From Amoebidium appalachense (taxonomy: Eukaryota > Protista > Ichthyosporea): a DNA stretch of 64,000 bases. A program made the position numbers and the translations under genes. The stretch is taken from NCBI GenBank assembly GCA_963693365.1, contig CAVNZM010000003.1, positions 717,506 through 781,505 on the forward strand, written 5' to 3'. The notes under the pieces were generated by a model. It made no database searches. It worked only from the letters and a program-made list of their open reading frames with translations, and was not told the DNA's origin. The first letter of the stretch is position 1, and each line of letters begins with the position of its first letter. This document shows positions 1-13,352 of the stretch, one piece after another.

Positions 1-301
1 ACGACGTCCATAGCACATCTATAGCATTGGAATAGGTGCTACATTTGGTTAATGGACGGTGTAAACGCATGCACAGCATGTCCATAGGATGATGTTGGCA
101 TATACACATGAGGGTCGAGAAATCAGTGGACCTCTTTATTACCCTGTAACATGCTTGTCGACGTCGACGATGGGTTTTCAGCTTTTCCATCCATTAAAAT
201 GTCGAGGGTACCAAACGCAGCCACTCAGGTATCGTAAACTACTCCGAACCCGTCGTCGACGTCGTAGAGGGGTTTCCGATGGGGGGGGAAGATTGCTGAT
301 G

Positions 302-1240
302 CACAATATCATACTGTGCAGCATTAATAAGGTGATCTAGGATAGTCATCTTAAAACGGATATATTGAGGAAGAGAGGAAGAAAAGAGAATAAAACCGCC
401 AATAACCTCCGGTTCTAATACATTAGCTAACAGGTTGCATTTATTGATAGATATGCAGCCGCGAGTAAACCACCCCCCACACATATTACACATACGAGCA
501 GGAGACACCGGAAACCGATTACACCGCCAAGCCATAATCATCTTTGCGTTTTTACACCACACCACATTACGAATAAACGAATCTATGTATGAACGAGACT
601 CTCTAACCGTATCCGCCATATAGGCTACTAGTAGTTGGTGTTTTTGCGGTCCTAACACCGGAAGGGATTCAACACGTAGAGTAAAAAGATATCTATCAGC
701 CATAGACTTGAAACTATTCATATTCACACTATGATCTAGCCGTACCTCCGGGGGGGTCGCCAGCCATTCCACAAAACGCTCGGCAATGGGCAGAGACGAT
801 GGGGAAGGGAAGAGGTAGAGGGGCGAGTCCGGCGGGGATGCGTGTAGCCGGAAGAGCGGGTGGTCCGGGGCACAAGCGGACAGGCGGGTGATGTGCTCGT
901 GAAATTTAAGGGCTAATTCGTGTACGCGTTGTGATGGTGGTGTGAGGGCGTAGAGAGAATCAAAAAGGCGTCTAGGGATAGGTGTGGAAAGACCAGTGAG
1001 AAACGTACAACAAGTTGTGTAGTGGAAATCATCTATTGATTTGAGGACATTAGTAACAGTATCAGGGGGTGCCATAGCTAGTAAGGGCAACCCGTATTCA
1101 GACAAAGGGCGAATATATGTGCGAAATATACTAAGACGATTGTATAGGTGGACAGTATGAGAAACTTTAGTAGCAAGATACACATCCCTAAATAACCGAA
1201 GACACCTGCCTGCACTCTCCACCCGACAATCGATCATCCG
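302..1240 (-). mobile_element. Non-LTR retrotransposon (LINE) ORF2 fragment: RT thumb and C-terminal Cys-rich region, truncated at both ends
   Basis: ORF 239..1237 contains FRTYIRPLSEYG (RT-thumb-like YxxYIRPxLEYG) and CNMC...C...C. Near-identical to 11345-11707. Homology stops at ...gatattgtg (302). Confidence 0.8.
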
Positions 1241-1249
1241 TTTGTTGTA

Positions 1250-2950
1250 ATACGTAGTATTTACATATGGTAAGATCTTCTCAGTTTGTGTTATGTTTCA
1301 GTTCATATGCTTAGTGTATATGCCACACTCCTATTATGTAAAGTGTAGCATCGATCTCCGATATGCTTGTATACTTGTAATCGTGTTGTATCGGCTTTAA
1401 TCGTGTGTTGTAATATCGATTAGAATATTTATATGTGTGTACACGGATCCACCCACTCAGGGAGAGACGTGTACATGTTCGTGTGTACATAAATATCTCT
1501 GGTTATAGTTATGCTATTACTATCTTGTTTGTTGATCTGTGCTCTCTTTTCCTTCCTCTTTCTCCTTCCTTATTTTCTTTTCTTTCTCTCCTTGTCTTCA
1601 TGTGTATAATCGTATTTCTTTTCTACTAATATATGTTAGGTAGATTTGTGTTACTTAATACGTGTTCATTGGACGGTAACACACTTAGGCTACACTTAGA
1701 ATAGCATGTGTGTTTAGACTTCATTAATTTACTTTAGTTTTCATGTGTTGCCGGGCTTTAACCAATCATCAAGGTTAAGTGTGATATGTCTGAGTCTTTG
1801 CAGTATGTCATAGGTTAGAACTTCCTTGATGGTGACACGAGTTGATCTTAACTAGTGTCTGTGTCCTATCGTGTACGTCTCCGCGTACCGGATCTCTCTG
1901 AAAGCAATTGGTTCTTAGTGATTGGTTTCTATTAGAGATAGATCTGATTTCCGACTGGTCGGAAATCATGTATGGATTGGACTTAGAGGAATTTCAGGTA
2001 TTTATTCGAAGATCAGAATAAATTCAGTTCAGTCGTGTCTAAACATTGATGTCTGTTGTGTACACTGCTCCGATCGTTCCATGTTTTGTTGTTGTGTGTG
2101 TCTGTGGTGTTTTCACACTGCACCACTGTGTCTCTGCTTTCATCCCAAATACTTATACAATTTAACACCGTTTGAAACATATGCCCCATTCGTCCACCGG
2201 AATCCCCAAATACTTGTATTCGATTGGGCGAGGGAGGGGACTGCCGAAAATACAAACCCCACTCAGGGGAACGTGACTGCAGCGTGTGTGTGGCGTGGCC
2301 TGCTGTATTCCTACTGCTGTGAGAGTGTGGGGGCATCTCCCTTTCGCGGAGTTTCTCGCTTGAGAAGTGGTTTCTTCAACGCCTGGTGGTCCACTGCAAC
2401 CTATGGTAACTTCTACACGCTATCTACGCTTCTACGCGACCTATTGGCGGTGGGCTGCTGCAACTTCTTCAGCTACTTCTGCGCTGCGTGAGTGGAGGGG
2501 CGGCAACTTGGTCGTCGGGGAGCTTTCCAAGTGACTGCCAGCCCTTAGCCTCCAGTCGTATGGCAATGACCGGGTTTGCTTGCATGCATTCTGTAATTGT
2601 TTTTTTCTGTGTGTCCTGCCACAACTAGTAGGCCACCTTATCAGAGAGCTAGATGCAGTGACAATCTCCGGGTTATCTAGGGGCCGGGCCCGTTGGGATT
2701 GTTTTTTAGCTCAGATTTGTTCTGCATTGCTCTTTTAGAGGCTGACTTGCTGGCTGTGCCTCGGTAGGTTTTGAGGGGGGCCTGTTGGGAAGCAGCAGTA
2801 ATGATGTCTTCTTGCGGAGTGTGGTCTGGTCAACATCGATGCATATGACTAGTTGGAGCAAACTAGTTTCACGCATACACGTACACTTAAGGTTTTGCCC
2901 GCTGGTGTCCTTTGTCACTTGTAGCTTTATTTTTATTTCGTAGCTTTGGC
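1250..2950 (-). pseudogene. Degenerate coding-like / TE relic
   Basis: The minus strand at 2401-2490 reads RSAEVAEEVAAAHRQ*VA*KRR*RVEV, a helix-like peptide riddled with TAG. No intact domain recognised. Confidence 0.3.
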
Positions 2951-3316
2951 TTTTTCAGTTCTATTGGTGGTTATGTAGCCTGTGGCTGCATGTTGGCTTC
3001 ATCAACGGATCAATAAAACCGAGTCAAAAGAAGAAAAAAAATACAAACGTCGTCCCATGCCGGTATCAATTTTGATAAAAGGGCACACTTTTTGACATTA
3101 ATCTGCATATCGTTGCGCTGGCACCAATGTTCAACCACACGAATGTATTGCCGTAGTTCGAGAGGATCGGATCATGACATAAGCACAATATCGTCGGCAA
3201 AAAAGAGGCCGGGGGGAGCCTACCTAAATATCATTTTCATTTCCCAAAAACGTGGCTAAATATCCGCCTTCTTTCCTTTCTCAACAGGCACCTAAATATC
3301 ACGAGAAATTCCCGAT

Positions 3317-4793
3317 AGGTGGTGTATTTTGTAGTGTATTCACTGTATTTTCGTATACTTATGTTGTGTGTCGGTGTGTGTAGGTGTACAAGAGCAGACC
3401 GTATAAAACCAGCTATGCTATAAGGTGCTCAGCCAACAGTAGTTACACCAAAGAGGGGTGAGGCCTGGGGAGGCCGTCACCACACCCCCCTATCTACTGT
3501 GTGGTCTAGAATGGATCTAGTGGACTAGCGCTAAAGTCCCTGCCCCAGGCGTCCTTATAGCAAAACGTGCTGGTGTTGCCGGTGTATGGCGTGTGTGCTA
3601 ACCCCCTAAGCACAGACGAGAAACTTTACGGGAACTGCTGTACACAGCAAAGAAGTTGTGTGTGTGTGGTGTGGTGAGTTCGGGCTACAGTTTTTTCAAT
3701 AGCTTGCTATCAGGACAAGATCTATTCCTATTGGTCGAAAGTTAAAGGTGGATATATGGGTGTATTTCTGATATCTCATTGGTGACTAACAATATGCATT
3801 TATCCAATCCGATAATAGCAATTGTTCAACCGTGTTCATCTATGGTACGTGGGTTCGTTTTACATAAGGAGCTATCTAATAACGTAAACATAAACAAAAA
3901 ATAAAAAATAATAAAAATACTATTGAACCAGAACCGAACTAGTTTAGAGATGACTCAACATTTTACATGCATCCAAAATTCAAAATATATCTACAAGTTA
4001 GAATTCTGATATACGTACATATCCTTTCCCACAGATCTATGGTCTAGAGATTGATCTATTTCTGATATACGGGGTGTCTGCGTGTATATACGTGTCTGTA
4101 GGTGTTCGTGTGTGTTTGGTGTGTGTATGTTGTATGTGATTGTGGGTGTGTTTGTATGCGTGTTTGTGTGTTTGTGTTATGCAGATGTGGTCACCCCGGG
4201 TTGTTGGGTTGGGTGGGGGAAGAGGGGGGGGGGGGGGGGGGGGGGAGGGACTCGGAGGGAGGGGGGGAAGGGGAAAGGGGAGAAGGGGAGAGAAGAGGAG
4301 AGAAAGAGGGATGGAGGAGGCCCTGAGAGGGGGGGAAGGACGGGGAATGGAGGGGAAGGGGGTTGTTTATATCATAGCTATCACTAACCATATCGAGGTA
4401 CTAAGGGGAAAAAGGGGGAAAGGGGTTGGGGTGGGGGAGGGGGGTTGGGGTGGGGGGGGGGGGGGGGGGGGGGAGGGGAAAGGGGAGAAGGGGAGAGAAG
4501 AGGAGGGAAAGAGGAATGGAGGAGGGAGAGGGGGGGGGGGGGGGGGGAGAAGGACGGGGAATGGAGGGGAAGGGGGTTGTTTATATCTTAGCTATCACTA
4601 ACCATATCGAGGTACTAAGGGGAAAAAGGGGACAAAGGGTTTTGGGGGGGGGGGGGGGGGGGGGGGAGGGGGGAGGGGAAGGGGAGGGGGCAGTTAGTAT
4701 AAGGAAGTTAGTATGGTTAGTGGGGGTGGGTTAGTGGGGTTCCGATGGGATCTGTGTGTCTGTGTGTGCTTGTGTACGTGTGCGCGTGTGCAG

Positions 4794-4849
<56 letters not shown>

Positions 4850-6346
4850 TGTGTGTGTGTGTATGTATGTGTGTGTGTGTGTGGATGTGTACGTGTGTTG
4901 GGAGGGGAACTCTGTGAGTAGTTCCTAACCAGTCCTAGCCAGCTCCAGTGCGTATACGGTCGGGCTCACTTGTCCAGTGCTTTAGCTATAGCCTCAATGT
5001 TGGGGCCCTGGTTCTTTCTAGTTTTCACCCCGTATGCTGCTCCAATGCTAGTCTGCCTATCCTCTCTGAGTGTCTTAGTGTATGCGGCTACGAGAATTTC
5101 TTTTCCTTTTCCTTTCCAGTAAGCTACGTCACGCTTGTTGGGGGTATCAGGTTGATTATTCAACGTCCCTACTTCACCTACGGGGGCCACCAGTGCTTGG
5201 GGTGGGGGGGAGGGTGGGGGAAGGGATGGTTTCTTCTGTGCTGGGGGTTCAGGGAGTGGGGAGGGGGGGGGGAGGGCGTTTCTGGGAATCAGCTAGAGGG
5301 GGGTAGGAGAGGGGGGGGGGGGAGAGGAGGAGGGGCGTAGGGGTAGGGTGGGTAGTAGTAGGGGTAGGGGATGGGGGGTGGGGTGGGGGTAGGTGCGGTG
5401 GTGGTGGGTGCAGTGTGTGTAGTAGTGGGTGTTGTGTTGGTGGTGGGTGTGGTGTTGTGCCTGGCTATGTTTCCTAGTTGTTCTTTCAGAAAGGCTATAT
5501 CCTCCGATAGTTTTCCGGACTTTTCATTGGTCTTGTTGTGTCCCAAAACTTCCACTGCACTCTCCTTTGCCGCGCCTTGGATACCTATGGCCTTCTGTAT
5601 ACTGGCATTGACGATGGTTTGCAACTCCTCTTGCCGTTTCTTCTCTTCCGCTTCCTTTTTCCGTTTTTCCTCCTCTATACGCCGTTTGTTGTCTTCCTTT
5701 TCCCTTTCGAGCTGGTTAAAGGCGTTTCGGATAAAACCGAGTGGGTCGGAGTTTTTTTGTTTTAAGTCTGTACCGGATGGTGGGGTGGGTTGAGGTTGGA
5801 GTTGGTTGGGTTGCGGGTTAAAGATTGGTTGTTGGGGGAAAGGGGGTGGGGTTGTGCGTGGTTGCCGTAGGTGCCGTAGCCGTTCAAATTGAGACCGGGA
5901 AATGGTGGCTGGAGTACTGGTGGGCGGGGGTAGTTGTTGGGGAAGTTGGGGTTGGCGTTCCAGTGTGCCATTCCGTGGCTCCGAAGTGTTGGTGTGCGTA
6001 TATGTGTGACGTCGTGTGGTTTATATATAGGCTTAGTTCACTTGTGTGCGGGTACGTGTGGGGTTTATCTTGGGGTGTGTGGAGTATGCTAAGGTAAGTT
6101 TGGATAGTGGTATGCTCGTTTATTGTGTGGGGTGTGTGTTTTGTTTTGTAAGGTGGTGTGGTACAAGTAAAGTGAAACGAAAACGAAGAGGAGAGGAACG
6201 AAACTGACACGAAACACGAAACATGAAACACGAAACTCGAAACAAGAAACAACGAAACAACCCTAACGCGCCGAAGCTGCTTCAGTCCGGCATTAGGTGA
6301 AAAATGACAGGTGGTGTATTTTGTAGTGTATTCACTGTATTTTCGT
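3317..6346 (-). mobile_element. Putative retroelement derivative bounded by 38-bp direct repeats, with a broken Gag/ORF1-like reading frame
   Basis: aggtggtgtattttgtagtgtattcactgtattttcgt occurs exactly at 3317-3354 and 6309-6346. Internal minus-strand frames run 5971->4966 (Pro/Asn-rich start, EKEDNKRRIEEEKRKKEAEEKKRQEE coiled coil) with frameshifts and a stop. Confidence 0.5.
4270..4631. repeat. Tandem duplication (2 copies, ~210-220-bp period)
   Basis: gggaaaggggagaaggggagagaagagg...tagctatcactaaccatatcgaggtactaagggg occurs twice. Confidence 0.85.
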
Positions 6347-6888
6347 GATCTACAGACCCCTAATCGAAAGTTGGATGATCATGCTGGCACACGTATTTCC
6401 GAACTGATTGGTTGCATATCATGGTGGACCGAGTCTGGCCGATTCGATTGGTTAGGTGACGATAAAACCGTACGTGTACCCCGCCTGCAGCGAACGTAAA
6501 GTTCATCGCAGCGCGTGCACACCGTCAGTACGTGTGAGGTGCACACGAAACTTACACTCAAAACTACGCTCACACGTACGTATACATGTACACCGCGGCC
6601 CATCAAATTGAACCGTGATTGAACCGTGACATGAAGACATGAACTCATTGAACATATGCAATCACTTGAACAGATGGTTTTGACATCCAGCGTTGCTATG
6701 TTTATTGGGGGAAAGATGCCATAGAATCTTGATTGAGAAGAAATACTTGTCAAAGTTGAATATAAATCGTTGAAACCTCTATCTATAGCTAAGAGTAAGG
6801 CCATGAACACACACGACGAGGAAATGAAGTACAAATAATTAAACACAGACGAAGTCTCAGGTTGTCCAAGAAAATTTTAAAAGAAAAA

Positions 6889-7967
6889 ATGGCTCCTGGC
6901 ACTACGTCTGACATCGACACAGCTACGAATACAACACAAACCATACCTACCGTCGGCTCGGTTTTGGTTTCACAAGTCCACAAGGAAACAGCAGCTGTAG
7001 TTGAAAATGATGTTGCCATCCAAGTTGAAACCACCATAGATGTTTTGGAGCTCGAGACTAGGAATTCAAAGTCAATTTCCGGAAAACGTCAACAGCGCAA
7101 TCAACAGCAACAAAATGCAAAAACACCACACAAGCATGCAGAAGTGCCCGACGGGGAGGGTTGCGTAGCCATCAATGTCAACTATAATGTTAGCCACCCT
7201 GCTAATTCAGAATTCGAAAGGCGCTTTCAACGGGACAACATCATTGCTGAATACAGGAAGAGAAGGTTTGCCAACGCACGTGCATACATCAAGCAGAGCA
7301 TGATTGCACATTTCTGCATTCTGCTCATTGCAATGGGGTTCGAGGTTCTTTTTCTGCATTTGTGCTACAAAGCTTCCCCCATCTCACCACACGCAATCGT
7401 ACGTCTTCAGGCCGATGCCGTCTCTGCGGCCCAAAAACAACTGCAAGAGGTGCTTGCGCAAGTCCCCCTTAATAACACTGCCATTGCACGTGCAAACAGT
7501 GAGTTGCACACACAAGTGGCTGTTTTTAAGGCTACTGTTATGACCGTCGTGGAACGGGGAAGAAGAATATTTCATTACGAGGTGGGTTTTTCCCCCTTCC
7601 CCCCCCACCACCACCACCACTGTGATCATCCAGCACACACCATCACACCACAACACACACCACCACACACAACAACCACACCACGCACAAAAGTAGGGGG
7701 CTCTTATGCCAAGAAGAACAACACTTAGCTGGAATTTGAGCACATACGCAACTATAACAATACTATTCCCGTCAGACTGTGAACATCCACAGATCCGCCC
7801 CTGCCGCAAGCCCGCACTCGATCCCGTACGTCCCATACGAGCCGGGCCCTTTCTTACTTCTCAGTGGCCTAGCTTAGCTAAGTTGTACCGAATACTCTCT
7901 CTTAACTACATATGTACATCGGGCGGCTGAGACGTCTGCGCACGGGCACACACATACATACATACAC

Positions 7968-8005
<38 letters not shown>

Positions 8006-8335
8006 ACACCGTGACACAAATACACGCACACACTGGCAGTGTCGCACACACACACACACACACGTATGCAAGCTAGTGTGTGTGCGCACACACACACATA
8101 TGGTACTCACAGGTACACACAGTCTGCGACACTAAACACACAAACACTGTTACACACTGTGACACACACGCACACACACACACACACACACACAACGTGA
8201 CTCTCACACACACACGGTGCCACCATCCGTGACCATGTATGCACGTGCGATTACGCACTTGTAGGCCATTCAATCTGAAGAGTACTTGCTAACAGTTACC
8301 ATTTATAACTTATCATCAAGCTGTTGGAAATCGGC

Positions 8336-8370
<35 letters not shown>

Positions 8371-9270
8371 TACATGCAGGTGGTCTACGCCATTGTGCCA
8401 CTCTTTCTCATGATTCTGATGGCATTTGCTGTCTATCAGCATCGCCACCATCCCGTGGTCCGTTCCCGCGGCTACCTCTACCTCGTTCTAATCTTTTCCA
8501 TTTCCTCGATTCTGATTATCAGTTCTCTTCTGATGGCTGCAACAACACTGTGGCAACTCAACCAGTTTCCACTCGAACTTGACTATCGAGATCCTAAAGT
8601 CCTAAACCATCAGGTGAAAATTGCGGGCATCTTGGTGTTTGTGTCTTCTGCCATCACAATCGGGCTCATCTCCATCTATTTTGCTACACTTGCGCTCCGC
8701 CAGCGAATCATAACCCATGCGTACAGTACCAAAATACTACCGCTCACCAATAAGCAGTTGATATTTTGGGCGGGAAAGTGGGCCGTTTTTGCATATGTCG
8801 TCACCATACCAACACTGATTTTTTGGTTGGCCATAGACGGGTTTCATCCTCGGGGGGTGAGGTATGGGGTTTCCGGGCTTGCTGGCTTGGCTGCTGTTTG
8901 GGCTCTGCTTCTCTTCTATTATTTCTACCGTGCACGGCACGCTTCTCTGAAATTTAACGATATGTATTCAAATGTCCGGGCAACGACCATGTTAGTGCTT
9001 GCCTTTGCTGTGTGTCTGACCTACACCATCTACAACCCCAATCATGTATTCTCGGCGTCCGTAGGGTGGTCATCTATGGTGTGACTGGTGGTCTCAGTTC
9101 AGGTTTTGGATCAGTTCAGTACGCAACTTTTACAGGCCAGGTGGGAGATACCATCCCGACCCCAAGCACTCAAGGACATCACCACGAACATAAATTCTGC
9201 AAGGTGGTTTAGGTGGACGTCACGGATAGAGCCTTCAAGTAGGGTGAACGCAAAGAGTGAGGCCCGATAG
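6889..9270 (+). CDS. Multi-pass membrane protein, class C GPCR (7tm_3)-like; exons 6889-7581 and 8380-9084, extendable to 9270 through an in-frame TGA
   Basis: Phase-0 GT-AG intron 7582-8379 joins HYE|VVYAIV. Seven hydrophobic segments follow the junction. HRHHPVVRSRG after TM1 and RARHASLKFND before TM6 resemble class C R-x-HPxIK and RxxPxxFNE motifs. Confidence 0.65.
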
Positions 9271-9340
9271 ATTGTTGAATTTGTAATTGGCTTAGGCCAC
9301 AGGTTTTTGATTTGAATTTCAGTAACTTAGAAATTGTTTT

Positions 9341-9700
9341 TTATGTTGGCCAAGTTGAACTTGGGTTTGAATGTTACCGTAATTATAGATTTGAATAATA
9401 ATAATGCCACCGTATGTGTAAGTGTGCACAGTTACATAAGTTTCAACCAGGTTCTAGGTTTTAATAGCACTTGAAATTGTGTACTTATGTTGGCCGTAAG
9501 TATAAAAATGATTTATAAGCGTGCACTGTTACATAAGCTTCAACCAGGTTCTAGGTTTAAAAAGCACTTGAACCGTATACTTATGTTGGTCAAGTTGAAC
9601 TTGTGTTTGAATATTACCGTAATTATAAACATGATTTATAAGTGTGCACTGCTACACAAGTTTCAACCAGACTCTAGGCTTAAAAAGCCGCCTCAAAACT
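9341..9700. repeat. Degenerate tandem repeat (~3 copies, ~100-145 bp)
   Basis: Recurring ttatgttggcc...aagtgtgcac...aagtttcaaccaggttctaggttt...gcacttgaa. Confidence 0.75.
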
Positions 9701-9976
9701 AACGTGCAACCACTTTGAGAGTAGGTGATGTATAGGTGGAGAATCAATTTATTGAAATGACGTACATATCGATATCACCCTGTACAGAGGGTTGGTTACA
9801 TATGCCATTATCATAATGGTTCATTAGTCACACTCACACAGTGGTCTGGTTACCTGGACAGATGCATGCTGATGTATCACATGTGATGATGCATCTGTTT
9901 TGAACATAAAAATACTATGGCGGGGGAGAGGGGGGGAGGGGGAGGTTGGGCTGTTTACCTCGAGGCACAGAGAGTA

Positions 9977-10695
9977 CAGTCTCAGTTCTCGTCCGCGTCT
10001 AAGATTCTACGGTTTTGAGGGGTGTCGACGGAATCTTACGACAATTCTGAGCCGGAGACGACCGGTTGTACCCATGATCTTGAGGGGGCCCCGGGAGAGT
10101 GGGGGGGGGGGGGGGGGGGGGGGGGGAGGCGGGGTGAGTGGGAATGGTGCCGGTAGAATGCCGTACACATAACGCCGGGGAGACGTGTGTGTGAGATGGG
10201 AAGAGCAGCGGGGTGGTGGTTGCCAATGAGTGTTTGGGGGGCCCACGGGGGGGGGGGGGGGGGGGGGGGGGGGAGGCGACCTAGAGGGTTAGTCACATAA
10301 AGAGGTTATCAATGTGGAGGAGGGGGGGGAGGAGGGTGGGGGGGGAGAGAGAGACCCTTGAGGCTGAGGGGAGGGGACTACATGCGCAGGCCGGGGGGAG
10401 CTCGAGACCGGGAGGGAAGGTGGGATCGGAGTCGTACATGCAGTGTCCAATTGACACTGTAAAGAGAGAGAGGGGGGGAGGGGGGAGGGGGGAGGGGGGA
10501 GGCGACCTAGAGGGTTAGTCACATAAGGAGGTTATCAATGTGGAGGAGGGGGGGGGGGAGAGACCCTTGGGGCTGAGGGGAGGGGACTACATGCGCATTT
10601 CATGCGCAGGGGCGGAGCTCGAGACCGGGAGGGAAGGTGGGATCGGAGTCGTACATGCAGTGTCCAATTGACACTGTAAAGAGAGAGAGAGAGAG

Positions 10696-10726
<31 letters not shown>

Positions 10727-10822
10727 AAGGAGGGACGGGGAGGGAGGGAGGGACTCGGGAGGGAGAGAGAGCCTGGGAGGGAGGGACTCGGGAGGGAGAG
10801 ATAGGGAGGGAGGGAGCAAGTG

Positions 10823-10863
<41 letters not shown>

Positions 10864-11097
10864 GATAAAGCCATTTTAGAAACCCTGTCTACTCTGAACT
10901 TCTGTGACTGAGGGGCTGGGGAGGCTTTGGGGGGGGGGGGGGGGGGGGGGAGGGGGAGGGGGGGGGGGGGGGGGATATATTTTCTCTAAGATATTCCGGA
11001 AATGGGCTCGTATTCGGAATCTAAAGATATTGGCAAAATCGGCGTATGCGGAATCTTAGCAGCGGACGATCTTACTAATAGGCGCGGACGGACACTG
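9977..11097. mobile_element. Putative Tc1/mariner-pogo-like non-autonomous element
   Basis: ta|cagtctc ... gacactg|ta termini. Inner inverted motif tcgtccgcgtctaagattc / gaatcttagcagcggacga. Contains a ~226-bp tandem duplication (10272/10498). Confidence 0.45.
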
Positions 11098-11116
11098 TAT
11101 GGGGGGGGAAGGGGGG

Positions 11117-11161
<45 letters not shown>

Positions 11162-11344
11162 GAGGGAGGGATTTTCTATGTGTCCGTCCCCTCAGCGTTA
11201 TTATATCATCATGAGATCAGGTACATTATCTATATATATAATGCGTTGTTTGCCGGACCTCAAATCCGGAATTTGGAGGGGACCTAAGGCCATTTTGTGA
11301 GGCATCAAAAACCATCGAAACGTTGCTTAGTTGTTTTTATGACA

Positions 11345-11826
11345 TTCCGGTGTTAGGACCGCAAAAACACCAACTACTAGTAGCCTATATGGCGGATACG
11401 GTTAGAGAGTCTCGTTCATACATAGATTCGTTTATTCGTAATGTGGTGTGGTGTAAAAACGCAAAGATGATTTTGGCTTGGCGGTGTAATCGGTTTCTGG
11501 TGTCTCCTGCTCGTATGTGTAATATGTGTGGGGGGCGGTTTACTCGCGGCTGCATATCTATAAATAAATGCAACCTGTTAGCTAATGTATTAGAACCGGA
11601 GGTTATTGGCGGTTTTATTCTCTTTTCTTCCTCTCTTCCTCAATATATCCGTTTTAAGATGACTATCCTAGATCACCTTATTAATGCTGCACAGTATGAT
11701 ATTGTGATCCGGTGCCTTAACTTTCTTTCGGAGCTACCGATGCTAGCCTCTGCTTACCCATAATATGTAATAGGGCCGGTGTCATATACTACGATGGCGC
11801 TCATTGTTGCCTAGCATGTACATATG
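11345..11826 (+). mobile_element. 5'-truncated LINE copy (ORF2 C-terminus plus start of 3'UTR), left half
   Basis: Near-identical to the reverse complement of 302-663. Ends ...MLASAYP* at 11763. The UTR continues at 19184. Confidence 0.85.
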
Positions 11827-12488
11827 GGTGCTACCCTCAATTCCCAAGCTCCTAGGGTGTGACGTAATATTTGGCACGAAATTTATTTGGCACGAGCCTG
11901 CAAAACGGTGAAAATGGGGCAGGATGTCGCCCAGGCACCGACAGGAGCTTGGGGATACCCCTGGATGTGCTCCGCTAGCGGGCTGGTGCCAAATAAATTC
12001 GTGCCACATTTTACGTCACCAGGTTCGTGCCAAATTATTTGGTGCCAAATTTATTTGGGGCATAAATGGGTCGGTTCGAACTATTATGGGTCGAATCAGC
12101 TCGAATCGTTCCTGACCCGTTTTCTGACCCGTTTTTGTGGCTCATCGTTGGTGGCGTCTGATTCGAGGAATAAACTCGAAAGGCGGGCTAAGCAAGACCA
12201 CGTCAACCACGTGCAGGTGGTGGCGTACTTGAACGGGCAGTCACAGCCTGGACTGGCAGTTGACAGGTGTGACACAGCGCTAGCATCCTTATCATATTGC
12301 AGTAGGCTCATATAAAAATAATAAAAACAGACAACACCCTTTAATGCTCGATCATAACTGACAGTACATATTTTGTGTGAGCATGGGTTACAAACATGCT
12401 CGCGTCCGCATTGGACGTGGGCAAGGCCATTGGGCTTTGCTGAGGATTCTCGTTCATGTTATCCTCGCCTTTTGTCTTTTGGCTGCAG

Positions 12489-13305
12489 CGGGTTCAACAA
12501 ACAACCCAGATGGGGTGAACAAAAAAGTCATTAAGGAAAACAAATCTTGGTCTAAAGATCATGCCAAGCTGGAACAGCCATTCGTTGCACGGTACATTGA
12601 TTATTGCATAGCGGATCATGAGGACTCTGTCGAAGCTGGCACGTGCCCTCCCCAGCCCTTCCTCAGGGATTGGGTGTGGCATCAAACCCGTCATGGCGGC
12701 CGGATAGATGCATCTACAGCGGAGGGAGTCCATCAGGTGATCTCCCCCCCTTCCCCCCCCCCCCCCCCCTCCCTCCCCCCCCCCCTCTCTCCCCACCACC
12801 CCCTGCCTCTTTTCCACTTTTTCTCTCCCCTCCCCTGTCTCTCTGTTCTGGGCCTTACAGGTGGTTCCTCCGTTTTAGAAGTTGTTTTTTATGTAATACG
12901 TTAGGTGTGTCCTTTTGCATCTTGTGGATACCAATGCCTTCACCGCTCAGGCCTTCCCTTGCACTTAATCTTATGGACCTTTGTGCCTCTCCCATGATCT
13001 GTTTGGCATGGCATGCTGCCTTTTCTGCTTTGGCTTGCCTCTTATATGTTGCTATCACCCGATAGGGTATGTGTGGCAACGTGTTCCATATGTTTTGTGT
13101 GACCATTCTGTGCAGTGTACCCACTTAAAGCCCACTCCTCCGCTTTTCCCCTTCCCTCCCTTCCCCTTTAAGCATACAATTAGTCAAGAGGCAGTACAGG
13201 ATAGTGGGTAGAGAGTTTCTGTGTGTCACGGTGTATGCCTGTGGGTGTGTGCTTGTCTGTGTGTGTATGTGCCTGTGTGTGTGTAGTGAGTGTGTGTGTG
13301 TGTTG

Positions 13306-13352
<47 letters not shown>

